Assembly: GCF_006345805.1 (NCBI RefSeq)
Contig: NC_043000.1
Span: 99,820,001-99,884,000 of the forward strand
DNA: 64,000 bases
Source of the DNA: Octopus sinensis
Taxonomy: Eukaryota
Direction: 5' to 3'
The stretch's first letter is position 1, and every line of letters begins with the position of its first letter. Below are positions 1 to 12,200 of this stretch, one piece after another. The position numbers and the translations under genes were made by a program. Under the pieces are notes generated by a model, which was given only the letters and a program-made list of their open reading frames with translations, was not told where the DNA came from and did no database searches.

Positions 1-3000
1 CAGGATGGTCACCACTAACACCAACACACACATCATAAAGCTATTTCTTTTGAACATAGGAGTATTGTTGCATGGCAACTGTAAAACAATCTCATTCCTG
101 AGAGACTTTGCGGCATGCAATCAAGCTTTATGCATGGCACTTAGCCCTGATATAGGGGATGCAGAAATACATATACTACAATATGTTGTCATACGCTCAG
201 ATAAAAAAGAGAGGAGCCATGGTGGATTTTCTGTGTACATCCGAGAGGACTTCACGCCCCAGGTCCTGCTGTCAAATTCTAATTCAGTGTGTGACATTCA
301 AATTATACACATAAGACAACTTAATACTGTTATATGTACTACATATCACCCACCAGATGCTCCGAGTCATACAGGCAAATTTGAAGACTGCCTAGCAAAG
401 ATAGAAATTTTCATCAAATTGGAACAACACATCAATGTATTCCTTTTGGGTGACTTTAACTTCCCAAACAGGGAATGGCCTGATGACACACCAACAGCAA
501 GCACAAGCAAAGTACCTGCTCCACCTTACCAATGCCTTTTCATGGAGCAAATCTTGCTTCAACCAACCAGGGCAAATAATATATTGGATCTCTGCTTCAC
601 AAACAATATGGACTTTATCCCTAATGTTAAAGTGACACCGACGCTGATCTCTGATCACAATGTAATACAGCTATGTATGGACCAAAAGTTCCTGCAGGCA
701 TACAGCCTATACAAAGCACCCAAAATCTCTCCAAACTAAACTTGCATAAAGCAAATTGGAAGCTGATTGAGAAAGAGATCCTCAAACAGGATTGACCTAA
801 ATGTCTCTCCACACCATTGACATTGACATGAAACAAACATTTCATGCCCATAATACAAGCCATATGTGGCCAATCTGTCCCAGTGTGCAAAGCCAACATG
901 CATAAAAATAGGATCTCTAGAGAAAGGAAGATTCTTATGAGACGACGGACAAAGATTGTGAACCGCCTGAGCAAGCATCCCAAGAGTGGCGAGAAGTCTC
1001 GTCTGAAGAGAGTGCTATTGGAGATTGAGAAACGTCTGCATCAGTCTCATGAAAAGGAGAGAGCAAATAAAAAAGCTTGTGTTATCAAGTCAAACCCTAA
1101 AGCTTTCTTTAAGTTTGCCAAAGAAACAGCCTCAATACGCCATAAGATAGGACCCCTCTTTCTAAAAGATGGCTTCCTCACAGTAAACCCCATGAGGGTA
1201 AGTGAAATACTGAATGAACAGTTCCAAAGTGTGTTCACTACACCGCTGTGACATAGGCAAGTGAACGAACCAGCGGAATTATTTGCCACATTACCTAAAA
1301 CCAAAAAGTTAAGAAAAATTGAGTACATAGACATTGAAGAAGATGTAATACTGGCCATAGATGAGGTTGACATAAACTCAGCGGCTGGCGCGGATGGATT
1401 TCCAGCGGTCCTACTCAAATCATGCAAGCGAGCCCTTACAAAACCACTGCAGCTTCTCTTCCAGAGCTTCCTTGAAAGTGGTAAGCTCCCAGACAAACCG
1501 AAGAAAGTGATAATATGCCCTATCCATAAGGGAGGAAGCAGAGCAGATACTAAAATTATCTCTCTGACCTCACACATCAGTAAAGTAATGGAATGAATAG
1601 TCCGTAAGAAACTAATCATGTTCCTAGAAGAAAATGACTTGCTGACTGACATCCAGCATGGATTTCAACCGGGTAGAAGCTGTTTGACACAGCCTCTACA
1701 ACACTATGACTAGGTGTTAAAACAGCTGCTGAATGACTGAAGCGTGGATGTGATATATCTCGCTTTTGCAGAAGCCTTTGATAAAGTTGACCATGGTATG
1801 ATATGTCACAAACTGCACGAACTCGGCATAAGCGGAAAACTTGGAGAGTGGCTGCACAACTTTCTACAGGATAGACGTTTGGCAACGGAGCCACCTCCAA
1901 GGAAACATAAATAGCAAATGGTTTTCCACAGGGCACTGTCTTGGGGGTCACTGCTATTTACAGTGGCCCTCTCAGACATGCCCTCGGTTGCTCAGATAGC
2001 TACCCATGCTAGCTATGCAAGTGGCACAAAAGTCTCTCAGACAATACAAAATCCTGGAAATATTGTACATCTGCAACGGGAGTTGGACGTAATATACAGG
2101 TGGTCTGAGGACAACATGCAGTTTAATGCAGGAAAAGTCCAAGCCCTATGCTACCAGCACACAAAGCTACACGGCAAGCAGTCAGGATACACTGGCTCAG
2201 GAGAAAGTGAAATCCCTGAATCGAAATCAGTGCGTGACTTGGGCATTCACAGGAGCAATGATGCATGTTTACAAGTGCATATTACCAATTTGGTAATAAA
2301 ATGCAGACGGCTATCTGGATGGATCCTCCGAACTTTCAAAACAAGAGAAAAGGAGACATTGATGATCGTTTGGCGGACATACGTTCTCAGCCGCTCCCAA
2401 TTATAGTCACCAGACACTAAAAAAAATCCACGGCGGAACTCGAAGCAATCCAACGAAGCTACGCTAAGAAAATCATCTCGATGCAAAGTATCAGCTACTG
2501 GGAAAGACTGAAAGAAGTAAAACTCTTCTCCCTGGAACGAAGGCAGGATATATATATATATATATGTAGGATCTTGCAGGCATCAAGTGGATTCGATCCA
2601 CCATAGCCAAATTTAAATTAACCGCTCAACAGAACTTTTCTCACGGTAAAACAATAGTTTTTTTCTGACAGCAGTTTTACATCTGGAAAATCCTAAAAAG
2701 TCTTGTACCAAACTTTGGCATTGAAAGTTACTCAAACTGCAGAACGGGGCCCCACTGCATTGTGCCAAAGATTCCAGCATCGCCATCAAAATACAGGACC
2801 AGATAGTGCAACAACTTGGGCTTGAAGGGCCCACATCTCTTTAATTTCATTCTAAAATGCCTGAGAGGCCTGCATGGTGTGAATGTAAGTGTCTTTAAAA
2901 CAAAACTGGTTCTCTTCCTGTTACGGGTTCCAGACGATCCTACCTCACGGCAGAAAACACAGATGAAGGTAGCAACATCAAACTCTCTCATTGACCAAAT

Positions 3001-3070
3001 GCCACATATCAACAGAGGTCTCAAATTATGGTGTAGCTCAGACCGCAACTTTGAAGATGAAACATTTTAA
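1..3070 (+). mobile_element. Decayed CR1-like LINE, ORF2 (APE endonuclease + reverse transcriptase), frameshifted
   Basis: EN motifs LLGDFNFP, PTRANNILDLCFTN, SDHNVI (5-739); KSNPKAFFKF; SAAGADGFP, ICPIHKGGS, ISLTSHISKVME; QHGF and AFDKVDH; degenerate YADD (YASG); RDLG; C-terminal LERR..IWKIL..VPN. Confidence 0.88.
2548..2681. repeat. Insertion in the CR1 element: (TA)n plus a copy of 3505-3621
   Basis: 2565-2681 matches 3505-3621 with 3 substitutions by eye; it interrupts the LINE between LERRQ and IWKIL. Confidence 0.85.
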
Positions 3071-3092
3071 AATAGTTTAAGTTAGTTTTAAA

Positions 3093-3097
3093 ATATG

Positions 3098-3137
<40 letters not shown>

Positions 3138-3224
3138 AATATGTACATATATATGTATATATATATATACATATATATGTAAATATATCTATATATATAT
3201 TTGCACATATATATATATATTTGT

Positions 3225-3272
<48 letters not shown>

Positions 3273-3273
3273 C

Positions 3274-3308
<35 letters not shown>

Positions 3309-3448
3309 ATATATATATATATATATAATAATAAATATTAGGGAATAAATCCAAAATTACAGGGAAAAAAATCAGATTTAGGATTAAATCCAATTTTATA
3401 GTAAAATATTATATAATATTAATTCGAAATAGTGGTTTTGTCTCGAAA

Positions 3449-3504
<56 letters not shown>
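3093..3504. repeat. (TA)n microsatellite tracts with a short AT-rich repeat fragment
   Basis: Visible directly in the sequence. Confidence 0.9.
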
Positions 3505-3917
3505 TGTAGGATCTTGCAGGCATCAAGTGGATTCGATCCACCATAGCCAAATTTAAATTAACAGTTCAACAGAACTTTTCTCACGGTAAAATAATAGTTT
3601 TTTTCTGACAGCAGTTTTACAATTGTCAGATTGCCTTTAGCTAGGTCGAAATGATGTCTTCACCACTTGACCCTTATAACCTTTTCTACTTCACCAAAAG
3701 CTAGAATAGAGATATCACAGTACCATCAACGAAGCCCATTGTTATCAACGATATGTCTATCCTTCTGGATGGTTATAAAAGCAAGAACCCGCAAGCAAAA
3801 GTTAGTTCAGTCACTTCGGTGATGACTCAACCAGTCCAGTCACTTCGGTGACAACTCATCCTTCCATGTACATATTACTCATATAAATGCCCAGGTCTCG
3901 CTCTGACTGTATCTCTA

Positions 3918-3921
<4 letters not shown>
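3505..3921 (+). mobile_element. Probable solo LTR (417 bp) in (TA)n
   Basis: TG at 3505, CA at 3920-3921, TATAAAA at 3774-3780, internal direct repeat cagtcacttcggtga x2, TATA on both flanks. Confidence 0.5.
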
Positions 3922-3983
<62 letters not shown>

Positions 3984-4174
3984 ACATATATATGTATATG
4001 CATATATACGTACATATAGATATATATACATACATACATATATATATGTACATATATACATATATATGTACAAATACATATGTATATGTATATACATGTA
4101 TACGTACAGACAGATATAGATATATACATATATATATACAGACATATATACATCCGCATACAGGGAGTTATACA

Positions 4175-4220
<46 letters not shown>

Positions 4221-4607
4221 CGTTTGTGCATATGTATGTGTGTGTGTTACAGACCCAAGTCAGTAATAGAGAGTCTGAGATAAGATCGAGCGGATCCCAT
4301 CCAAATATATCCATCCAATTTTACTTTAAAAGGCATAATAAATCTTGGAAAAAATATTATTCAGTGTTTGTGTGTTCGGGCGTGTGTGTGCTGTTGTGCG
4401 TGTGTGTGCATATGCGTGTATGTGCATGTTAGTGTATTCGTTTAGATAACGGTATGATGTGGTTATTAAAGTAATTTGGCTGCTATTTCTAGGAGAAGCG
4501 TTGGCTTAATATAGGGATACCATCGTTGGTGTTACTTTAATATAATGATCTTAATCATCCTCATCTTAATCATCATCATCATCATAATTATTATTATTAT
4601 TATTATT

Positions 4608-5161
4608 GAGTGAGAGAGTAGTGCATACCATCAAAGTGACACTGAGGTAAAATATACGAAGCCCAGTATGCCCATCATGATTACCCGTCTGATAAGAGTA
4701 CACTAGGCACATGCATCACAACAATATGCGCGCGTCATGATGATCTCATATCAAGATAAACGGCGCATGACCTTGCAGGTAGGGCCCAGTTAGAATTTTC
4801 TTCTGGTCGAGTAACCCACCCCGCTCAAAAGGTCCCTGAATAAGGGTTGTTTAAGGATGTTGAACGAACCACCCATATTTCCAGAGGTGAATTATTCAAA
4901 CATCAAAGAATCCCTCTCAACACATGGCTATCATGCTCCCCCACTACTTCTGCCCATCATCAGAGATGCACATATCGTCAGCTACTAAGGGACATGCTCA
5001 ACTGGTTATGGTCAAACAACTGACAAGCAAATCTGTGGTATTGAGCAAAATATTTGCTGTAGCCCATCTTTTATACCAAGACAAAACAATGTACATGATA
5101 ACACTTCCAATCAGTTAAGATCAGAAACCATGAGAGCCGCTGCCTGGTACAGCTCCAGGTC

Positions 5162-5162
<1 letters not shown>
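4608..5162 (-). mobile_element. Non-autonomous (TAA)n-inserted retroelement sharing its 5' end with an R4/Dong-like LINE
   Basis: Flanked by (TTA)n on both sides; homologous segments at 28740-28930, 36574-36910 and 39590-39760. Confidence 0.7.
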
Positions 5163-5196
<34 letters not shown>

Positions 5197-5217
5197 TATT
5201 ATTATTATTATTATTAT

Positions 5218-6530
5218 TCAGTAGTTTTATTTTTATAGCGTGCTTTCACTTCACTACCGAGCGCAGCTCTGTGTGCCTTGGGTATGTGCTGTGATTTGTT
5301 GTGATACTCTGATGGTTATTGTATGGAAAGTGTTCTGCGTAGGATGTGTGCAGTGCCTAGTAGTGCAATTTTCTGTATGTTATATGTGTTTGTAAGTCCT
5401 GGTGTTTTTGTTATGTATTTGTCTGAATATTTTTTTATCATGCCTAATGCACCTACTATGATAGGAATTGTTTCTGTTTTCAGATTCCACATTCTAGTTA
5501 CCTCTATTTCCAGGTCTTTGTATTTTGAGAGTTTCTCCATTTCTTTTAGAGACACGTTGTCATCTGCTGGTATTGATACATCAATTAGAGAGCATTTTTT
5601 TTCTTCATGATCTCTGACAACTATATCTGATCTGTTGGCCTTAATTTCTCTATCTGTGTGTATCGGCATATCCCAGAGTATGGTTGCTTTCTCGTTTTCT
5701 GTGACCTTTTCTGGTGTGTGCCTATACCATCTTTTTTCTGTTGTTATTCCATAATGTTGGCATAGCTTCCAATGTATGTAGGTTCCAACTCTGTCATGTC
5801 TGTGAATATATTCCTTCTTAGCCAGGACTGGGCAGCTAGAGATAATATGATTTATTGTTTCTTGTCCATCTCCACATATTCTGCAGTTACTTGTAATATT
5901 TCTTTTCATTACATGTTTTTGGTAATTTCTGATGGGGAGGCTTTGGTCTTGTGCTGCAATTAAAAATCCCTCTGTTTCTGCTTTGAGTCCTGAGCTTCTC
6001 AACCATTGCTGGGATTTTTCTTTGTCTATTTCTTTTGCGTTTAGTTTAGTGCAGTATTTACCATGAAGGGGCTTTTCTTGCCATCGTTTTATCATGACTC
6101 GTTGCTGTTCTATTTTTAGTTTGGATTTCATTTGTTTTATAGCTTTTGTTGTTTCTTCATCATCATCTTCTTCTTCTTCTTCTTCGTGTTTATTAGGTGG
6201 TATGATTTCTTGTTTGTATTTGTCAGCTTCCTTAAATACTGAGAACAGTTTTTTGTTTTGCTCGTGTTTTGCTGCTATCTGGATCAGTTTTCTTTCCTTC
6301 TGAAGTAGATATTTTTGCAGTCCTATGGTGGTTATTTTATAGTAGTTTTCCAGCTGTATAAGGCCTCTACCACCTTCTATACGTTGTATATATAGTCTTT
6401 CTATGTCAGATTTTGGGTGATGCATCCTAGAGACTGTCAGTATTTTTCTTGTTTTCCTATCTATTTTGGACAGTTCATTTCGTGTCCAGTTAAGGATATC
6501 GTAGCTGTAACTTATAACTGGGACAGCTAA
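5218..6530 (-). mobile_element. 5'-truncated R4/Dong-like non-LTR retrotransposon (RT C-terminus, CCHC finger, restriction-like endonuclease)
   Basis: Open frame 6530->5316: MHHPKSDIERLY..GGRGL, KPLHGKY, ETEGFLIAAQDQ, CRICGDGQETINHIISSC, RHDRV, RSDIVV..IDVSIP, KYKDL, QKIALLGTAHILRR; embedded in (TAA)n as known for Dong. Confidence 0.92.
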
Positions 6531-6594
6531 ATTATTATTATTATTATTATTATTATCATTATTATTATTATCATGATCATCATTATCATTGTCA

Positions 6595-7015
6595 AGGTAT
6601 TGAGCTGGCAGTGTCGTTAGCACGTCGGACAAAATGCTCTGCGGCATTTCGATTTCCCGTACAGGAATCGAAACCACAATCTTACGATTACGAGCCTAAC
6701 CATTAAAACCAAGAGTCTCTAAAAATAAATTCCTCATTAAAATTAGACGTATTTTTTTCGCTGCTCTCGTTAAATTGTAGGTTTTCCCAGTGATTACCGT
6801 AGTTTTTTTAATTGTTATACAACTTTTGCTGTTTTCTGTGTCTTTTGGTTTCTTCATGTCCGCGTTCTGAGATCAAATTCCGCCGAGGTCGATTCTTCCG
6901 TTCCTTATTTAAGGGTCGATGAAATAAGTACCAGTGGATCACTGGGGTCGCTGTGATCGTCTCAAACCTGCCCTTGAAATTTCTGGCTTTATGACAAAAT
7001 TTGAAATTATTGTTA
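6595..7015 (+). mobile_element. tRNA-derived SINE family B, split by an insertion at 6656-6848
   Basis: Head gagctggcag..ttagcacg, resumes at gttctgagatcaaattccgccgaggtcg; tail ..gacaaaatttgaaa(tta)n. Confidence 0.75.
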
Positions 7016-7284
7016 TTATTATCATTATTATCATTATTGTCGTCATCATCGTCGTCATCATCATTATTATCATTCTTCTTCTTCTTTTCAAACCTTTGTA
7101 TGCTATGCATATGTCCCTTCTTTTTCAGTGTATATCGTGTATACTTTTTTCTTTCTTTCTTTCTTTCTTTCATTAACATTTTTATATTTTTTAGTTATCA
7201 TTTCATTATTATATGTAAACCATATAATACAAGTCTTCTGTAGTTTTTTATATACCAATTTTCATATACCAACTCTCTTACACA

Positions 7285-7335
<51 letters not shown>

Positions 7336-7469
7336 TATATATATTCGACGAAACTTCTCAAGGCGGTGCTCCAGCATGGATGCAGTCCAATGACTTGAAG
7401 AAATAAAAGAAGATAGAAAATAAATGTTAAGCTGACAAGGGTATCGTGGTTGCGTGATGGTCTCAGAAT

Positions 7470-7730
7470 AGCCGCTAAAGCGGAATTTGGACTCAGCGTA
7501 TAAAGACAGACGAAATGTTCTAAGCTTTTTGCCCGACATGCCAACAGTTCTACTAGTTCGCAAGTCGATTACATCGACCCCAATACGTAACTGGTACCTA
7601 ATTTATTGACCCTGAACGGATGAAAGACAATATCGACTTCGGTGGAATTTGAACTCAGAAAGTAAAGACAAACGAAATGCCGTTAAACATTTTGTCCAGC
7701 GTGCTAACGGTTCTGCCAATTTACCACCTT
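7470..7730 (-). mobile_element. SINE family B, two adjacent partial copies
   Basis: cggaatttgaactcag..gacgaaatg motif twice; aagtcgattacatcgacccc. Confidence 0.7.
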
Positions 7731-8089
7731 CTACTTGGTCATTAAAAAGAAATTAAAGCATAGCTATGAGAGAGAAGTCAAGTAGAAATTACTGTAATAC
7801 ACAAAAATGTAGTACATCCAGATTCATTCAGGTTTATCATAGAAATGAAGGTACAAATATGTAGTTTTAAGGACAGTGTGTAAACAGCTGCGAGAAAACA
7901 CAAACATGTATTGAAAGGCTTAACTGGGTTTAAATCGGCAATTCTTCCTTTAGGGGAATTATCAGAACTTCATGCGAATATTTTAGGATTCTAGTAGGGC
8001 GGGGTGGTGTGTGTGTGAAGGAATTCATTGCTTTTTTTTGCACTATTTTTGTTAGATTTAGTTTCTTTATTGTTTGTTATATTTGTTTC

Positions 8090-8488
8090 TATTTTACTCT
8101 TGCTTTAGGTCATTGGTGTGCGGCTAGGAACACCGTCTTTAAGGCTTTCGTTGAGTAAATCGTTTCCGGTACATATTTTAAAGTCTGATATTTATTCTAC
8201 CAGTCTTTTTTTTTTTTGACCGAACCCCTACGTTACGCAGACGTGAAGAAACCAACACCGGTTGTTAAGCGGTGGTGGTGGTCAAGCACAAACACATACA
8301 ATATATATGCGTATAAAGGTATGGCAGACTTCCATACAGTTTCTGTCTTCAAAATTCATTTACAAGGTATTAATCGGTTCGATATTATAGTAGAAGAACC
8401 TTGACTCATGTGCCGCGCAGTGTCACTGAACCCGAAAGTACGTGTTTACAAAGCGAGCTTCTTACCCACAGAGCTATGCCTGCGCCTA
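8090..8488 (-). mobile_element. Degenerate SINE family A
   Basis: Homologous to 15147-15563. Confidence 0.7.
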
Positions 8489-8529
8489 CGTTTTATAAAT
8501 TTTAAAAATAATTGCTAAGTATAAAAGTA

Positions 8530-8755
8530 GGATGTGTTTCGTCCGTAAGGAGGATAGGGCCAGTCTCTCGGGCGTGTATATTCCTCCCAAGACAGAGATG
8601 CCGGTCCGTCACAGGATTACTCATTTTTACCAGCTGAGTAGACTGGAGCATTGTGAAATGAATGTTTGCCCAAGAACACAACGCCTCACCCCGTACAGGA
8701 ATCGAAACCACAATCTTACGATCATGAGCCTAACCACTAAAATCGAGAGTCTCTA
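8530..8755 (-). mobile_element. tRNA-derived SINE family C; its head is the target of the Tx1 derivative
   Basis: Minus strand A-box-like tggttttagtggttagg and B-box-like ggtttcgattcc; body ccagtctactcagctg shared with 43395-43706. Confidence 0.7.
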
Positions 8756-10901
8756 AAAATAAATTCCTCATTAACAACAGACGTGTTTTTTCGCTGCTCT
8801 TGTTTAAATTGTAGGTTTTCCCTTTTGTGATCACCATTGTTTTTTTTAATTGCTATACAACTTTTGCTGTTTTCTGTGTCTTTTGGATGCATTTCTTGCT
8901 TTGGTGGGTGCGTTTTTTGTGCAAGATCCCCCTGTTTAGGATCGAGCTGTTTTCCTTTGTGGAAAGTTTTTTGCATGAACAGTACAACATGGAATTTGAC
9001 GCCTCCCAATATGTAGATCCAAACTTTTTCTTGAGGAATTGTGCGAACAGGTGTTGCCCTCCCTCCTATTTTCCAAACAAAGAAAGACAAGAACATGCTA
9101 GAGAATGAGGAAACTGACCTCCGAGTTGAAGTGCAGAATGGTAATGGAAGGATGAACTACGTGTCCGTGGCCGGTATCACGAGCGAAATAGTGGAGGTTG
9201 GCCCGGACGAACTAGAGAAATACAAGTGTTTAATACAAAAAGAGGGAACCAGTTTAAAACTAGCCCAACCATGGGAAATGATACGCATCACAAAGACACA
9301 AACAATAATGTACAAAACCGTGTCACTCAAAACGAAAAAAATTGAAATGGCTACTAAAGAGGCAAATCCTACAGCCGATATGGCAAAATTTAACATACAT
9401 AGCCAGAGGAAAGTGCTTCGGAACCGTCGAAGCAAGGTTCACCCCCGAAAAAGAAGCAAAAAGCATTTGACAACTCCCCTAAAGTCAACAGGACTAATGC
9501 TTTTGCGAACATATTTAGGCAAGCGGACATCAAAAATTAAAATAAGGGAGGTCCCACTGGAAATCGACGTGGTCTGGCTGGTGGCAGTTGTACTGCTAAA
9601 CTTGGAGGATAAAATCATCATCCTTCAAGTCACCAAGCTGCACCAGTGGAACTAATGGGGGACAAGGTCTGGAACTGGTAATCCAGACCACTCAGCAGGA
9701 CCTGGAAGAATTGTCAGATCAAATTTTACTGCCGGACGAAACCACACTAAGAATATTAGTCGAGGGGCAAAAGCCAAGGTGCTATAAGTGCGACATGAAA
9801 GGGTATATTAAAACTGCATGCTCACAAGACAAAGCATCTATAGCACCCCCTACAGCCAATAACCCCCAACAAACCGACAAAGTCACAGGAATCCAAAAAG
9901 AGACGACCAATACCACGACAAAACAACACACACCAATGATAGCGCGAGAAGAGACAAAACAAGCAAAACAGAGATACCTCAGAAAAGAAACAAGTCCAAC
10001 CGCACCTGAAGAAGTGGACAGCGACTGGAGGGAGGTAAAAAAAGACGCAAATAGATGAATACCTCCCCCACACGTACTACCATCAAAAACAACGAAACAC
10101 CCACATGCACCCCCCCATAAAACTCAGACACCCAACCCAATGAACATATCACCTCATATGCAGCCCCAACACACCAAAAAATAGCGGAAAATATAAAATT
10201 TATATAAATAGACAATATTTCATACGCAGACTTAAAAGAAAAGTACCCAAATGACATCGGATCATATGTTTAGTAAACTTTTACTAAACATATTTAGAGA
10301 ACTTTTACTAAACATATTTGCACTTATTTCAAAAGAAATACCCCGCAAGCCACATATAATTCATTCAGACAAGATATATCACCGCCAGTAGAACCGGGGG
10401 AAAATAGACCATCCTAATTAAGCATACAGACAGAAATTCACGTTTTACCCCATAATCAGACTCTCCACACCTGAACACCAGCGAACTCAAAAGACAATAC
10501 AATGTTCCTTTTTCATCAGTTATTTAATCATATGTTGTTTCAACCCATTTTGTCTGTCCCGTACAGTGTAAGAACCGACGGAGTGCTTCCACATGAAGAG
10601 TGTATGCCTTGCTACATGTGCAAGTGAGAGGATTGAATGTCAGTTTCATTAATTGTTATATGTTGTAAATGAAGAGCCTTGTTACATGTGTGAGATGACT
10701 TGAACGAAAGTACCAGTGATTCTAAAAGATCAGTGATTATGCGTGGTTGTGGGGTCCCCGTGTCCATCATTCCATTTTTATCATTTCCACATTTTCATTA
10801 TCTATACGCTATTTTGACCCCTCCCCACCATGTCTGTCCTGTATTGTTCCTTCTGTGTCTTAACCTTTATGGTGAATAAAAATAAATTCCTCATAAATAA
10901 A
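8756..10901 (+). mobile_element. ORF1-only non-autonomous Tx1-clade element (HAL1-like)
   Basis: 17-bp TSD aaaa(t/c)c(g/a)agagtctcta at 8739-8755 and 10902-10918; ORF1 fragments RTYLGKRTSKIKIREVP and LRILVEGQKPRCYKCDMKGYIKTAC homologous to ORF1 of 46168-51574; no EN/RT; Tx1-type 3' tail. Confidence 0.75.
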
Positions 10902-10915
10902 AAAACCAAGAGTCT

Positions 10916-10950
<35 letters not shown>

Positions 10951-10959
10951 TTATGTATA

Positions 10960-12200
10960 TAGGGTTATTCAAAAGGAATGAACCGATTTCATTACGCAAT
11001 ATTTTAATAAGGAAAAGCAATAGAAAACTCCAGCTAAGTCACAAGTATTTACTCAATTAATTATTTTCTGTCTCACAATAGTTCAATGTGGCCACCACCT
11101 GCAGCACGGGCAGGCAACATCAATGCGATAAGAGAATTCCTCCCAGACACGTACCAGCATATCGCGATCTACTAAGTTGATCGCTATTGTTATTCGATGT
11201 TTAAGGTCATTGAGGTTAGTGGGTAGCAATGGAACATAAATGTGATTTTCTACATATTCCCACAAGAAAAAAATCACACACGGTGAGGTCTGGGGATCTT
11301 GCAGGGCAAGCACAAAAAGCAAGGTCTTGAGCTCTTTTCCGACTAATCCATCTCTGGGATACTTTTTCATTTAGAAAGGCTTGAACCATCAGGTGCCAAT
11401 GGAACGGTGCTCCATCTTGTTGAAAAATGGAGTCACGCAAATCTGCTTTCAGTGAAGTAAAGAGCCAGTTCTGGAGCATACTGAGATAGGTTTTTTCTGT
11501 AACGGTGTTTCCTTCAAAGAAAAAGAAAAGAGACCATAAACCTTGTCCTGAGACACAGCACAGAAGACGCTCACCCCGGGGAATCTCTTCCATGCTCAAC
11601 TGTTTCACGTGGATGTTCTGTTCCCCAAATATACGCATACTGACGATTGATTGTGCCGCTCAAGTGAAAAGTCGCTTCAACACAAAATATTAAACGTGAA
11701 ATGAAGGTTTCCTCTTTCATCATCTCCAGCATCAATTCGCAAAATTTCATCCGCTTCCTCTTGTCGTCATTGGTAAGTGTCTGAACGAAGCATAGTCTGT
11801 ACCTTTTTCAAATGTAGACGTCTTCTTAGCACACGCCAGATAGTGGACTGAGGGATCGCAAGCTCTCGGTTAGCTCGAGTTGAAGACTTCTGTGGGATCC
11901 CCTCAAACGCAGCACGGGTTCTCGCCACTTATTTCTCTGAAACTCCTGGTCGTCCTGGACATTTTGAAACTGTTGAAACCACTGCCGAATGTTTTTAGGC
12001 GAGGGCGGATTAATGTCGAATAGCCTTCGAAAAGCACGCTGCATCGTGACAACCGAATTTGTTTTCACGAACTCGAGAATGCAGAACTCCTTTTGCTGAG
12101 GACTCGCAATTCTGAGTGTAAATAAACAACCGAAAGTTGCTGTAAGAACAACGCGAGTCCTCCTGATAGGGTAGATACCAGCAGTTCGCTTAGGACTATA
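10960..12200 (-). mobile_element. Tc1/mariner-superfamily transposon remnant (DUF4817-type N-terminal HTH, DDD transposase), frameshifted
   Basis: ASPQQKEFCILEF..SVVTMQRAFRR; IFQQDGAPFHW; PARSPDLTVCDFFLWEYVE; one TIR-like end agggttattcaaaaggaatgaaccgattt; other TIR not seen. Confidence 0.82.

Noticed and set aside
3088-4432. ORFs rich in YI/IY, CV, HT and YVCM (also at 15.7-17 kb, 20-21 kb, 52-53.6 kb and elsewhere)
   Set aside because: Translations of stop-free (TA)n, (CA)n and (TATG)n microsatellites.
5620-5645. RSD instead of RPD in the Dong endonuclease
   Set aside because: Single substitution in a truncated copy with the catalytic Asp retained; not informative.
6531-6677. N-terminal part of the 453-aa ORF, including poly-N/D
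   Set aside because: Read-through into (TAA)n, a SINE head and the templated insert; the Dong homology begins at about 6530.
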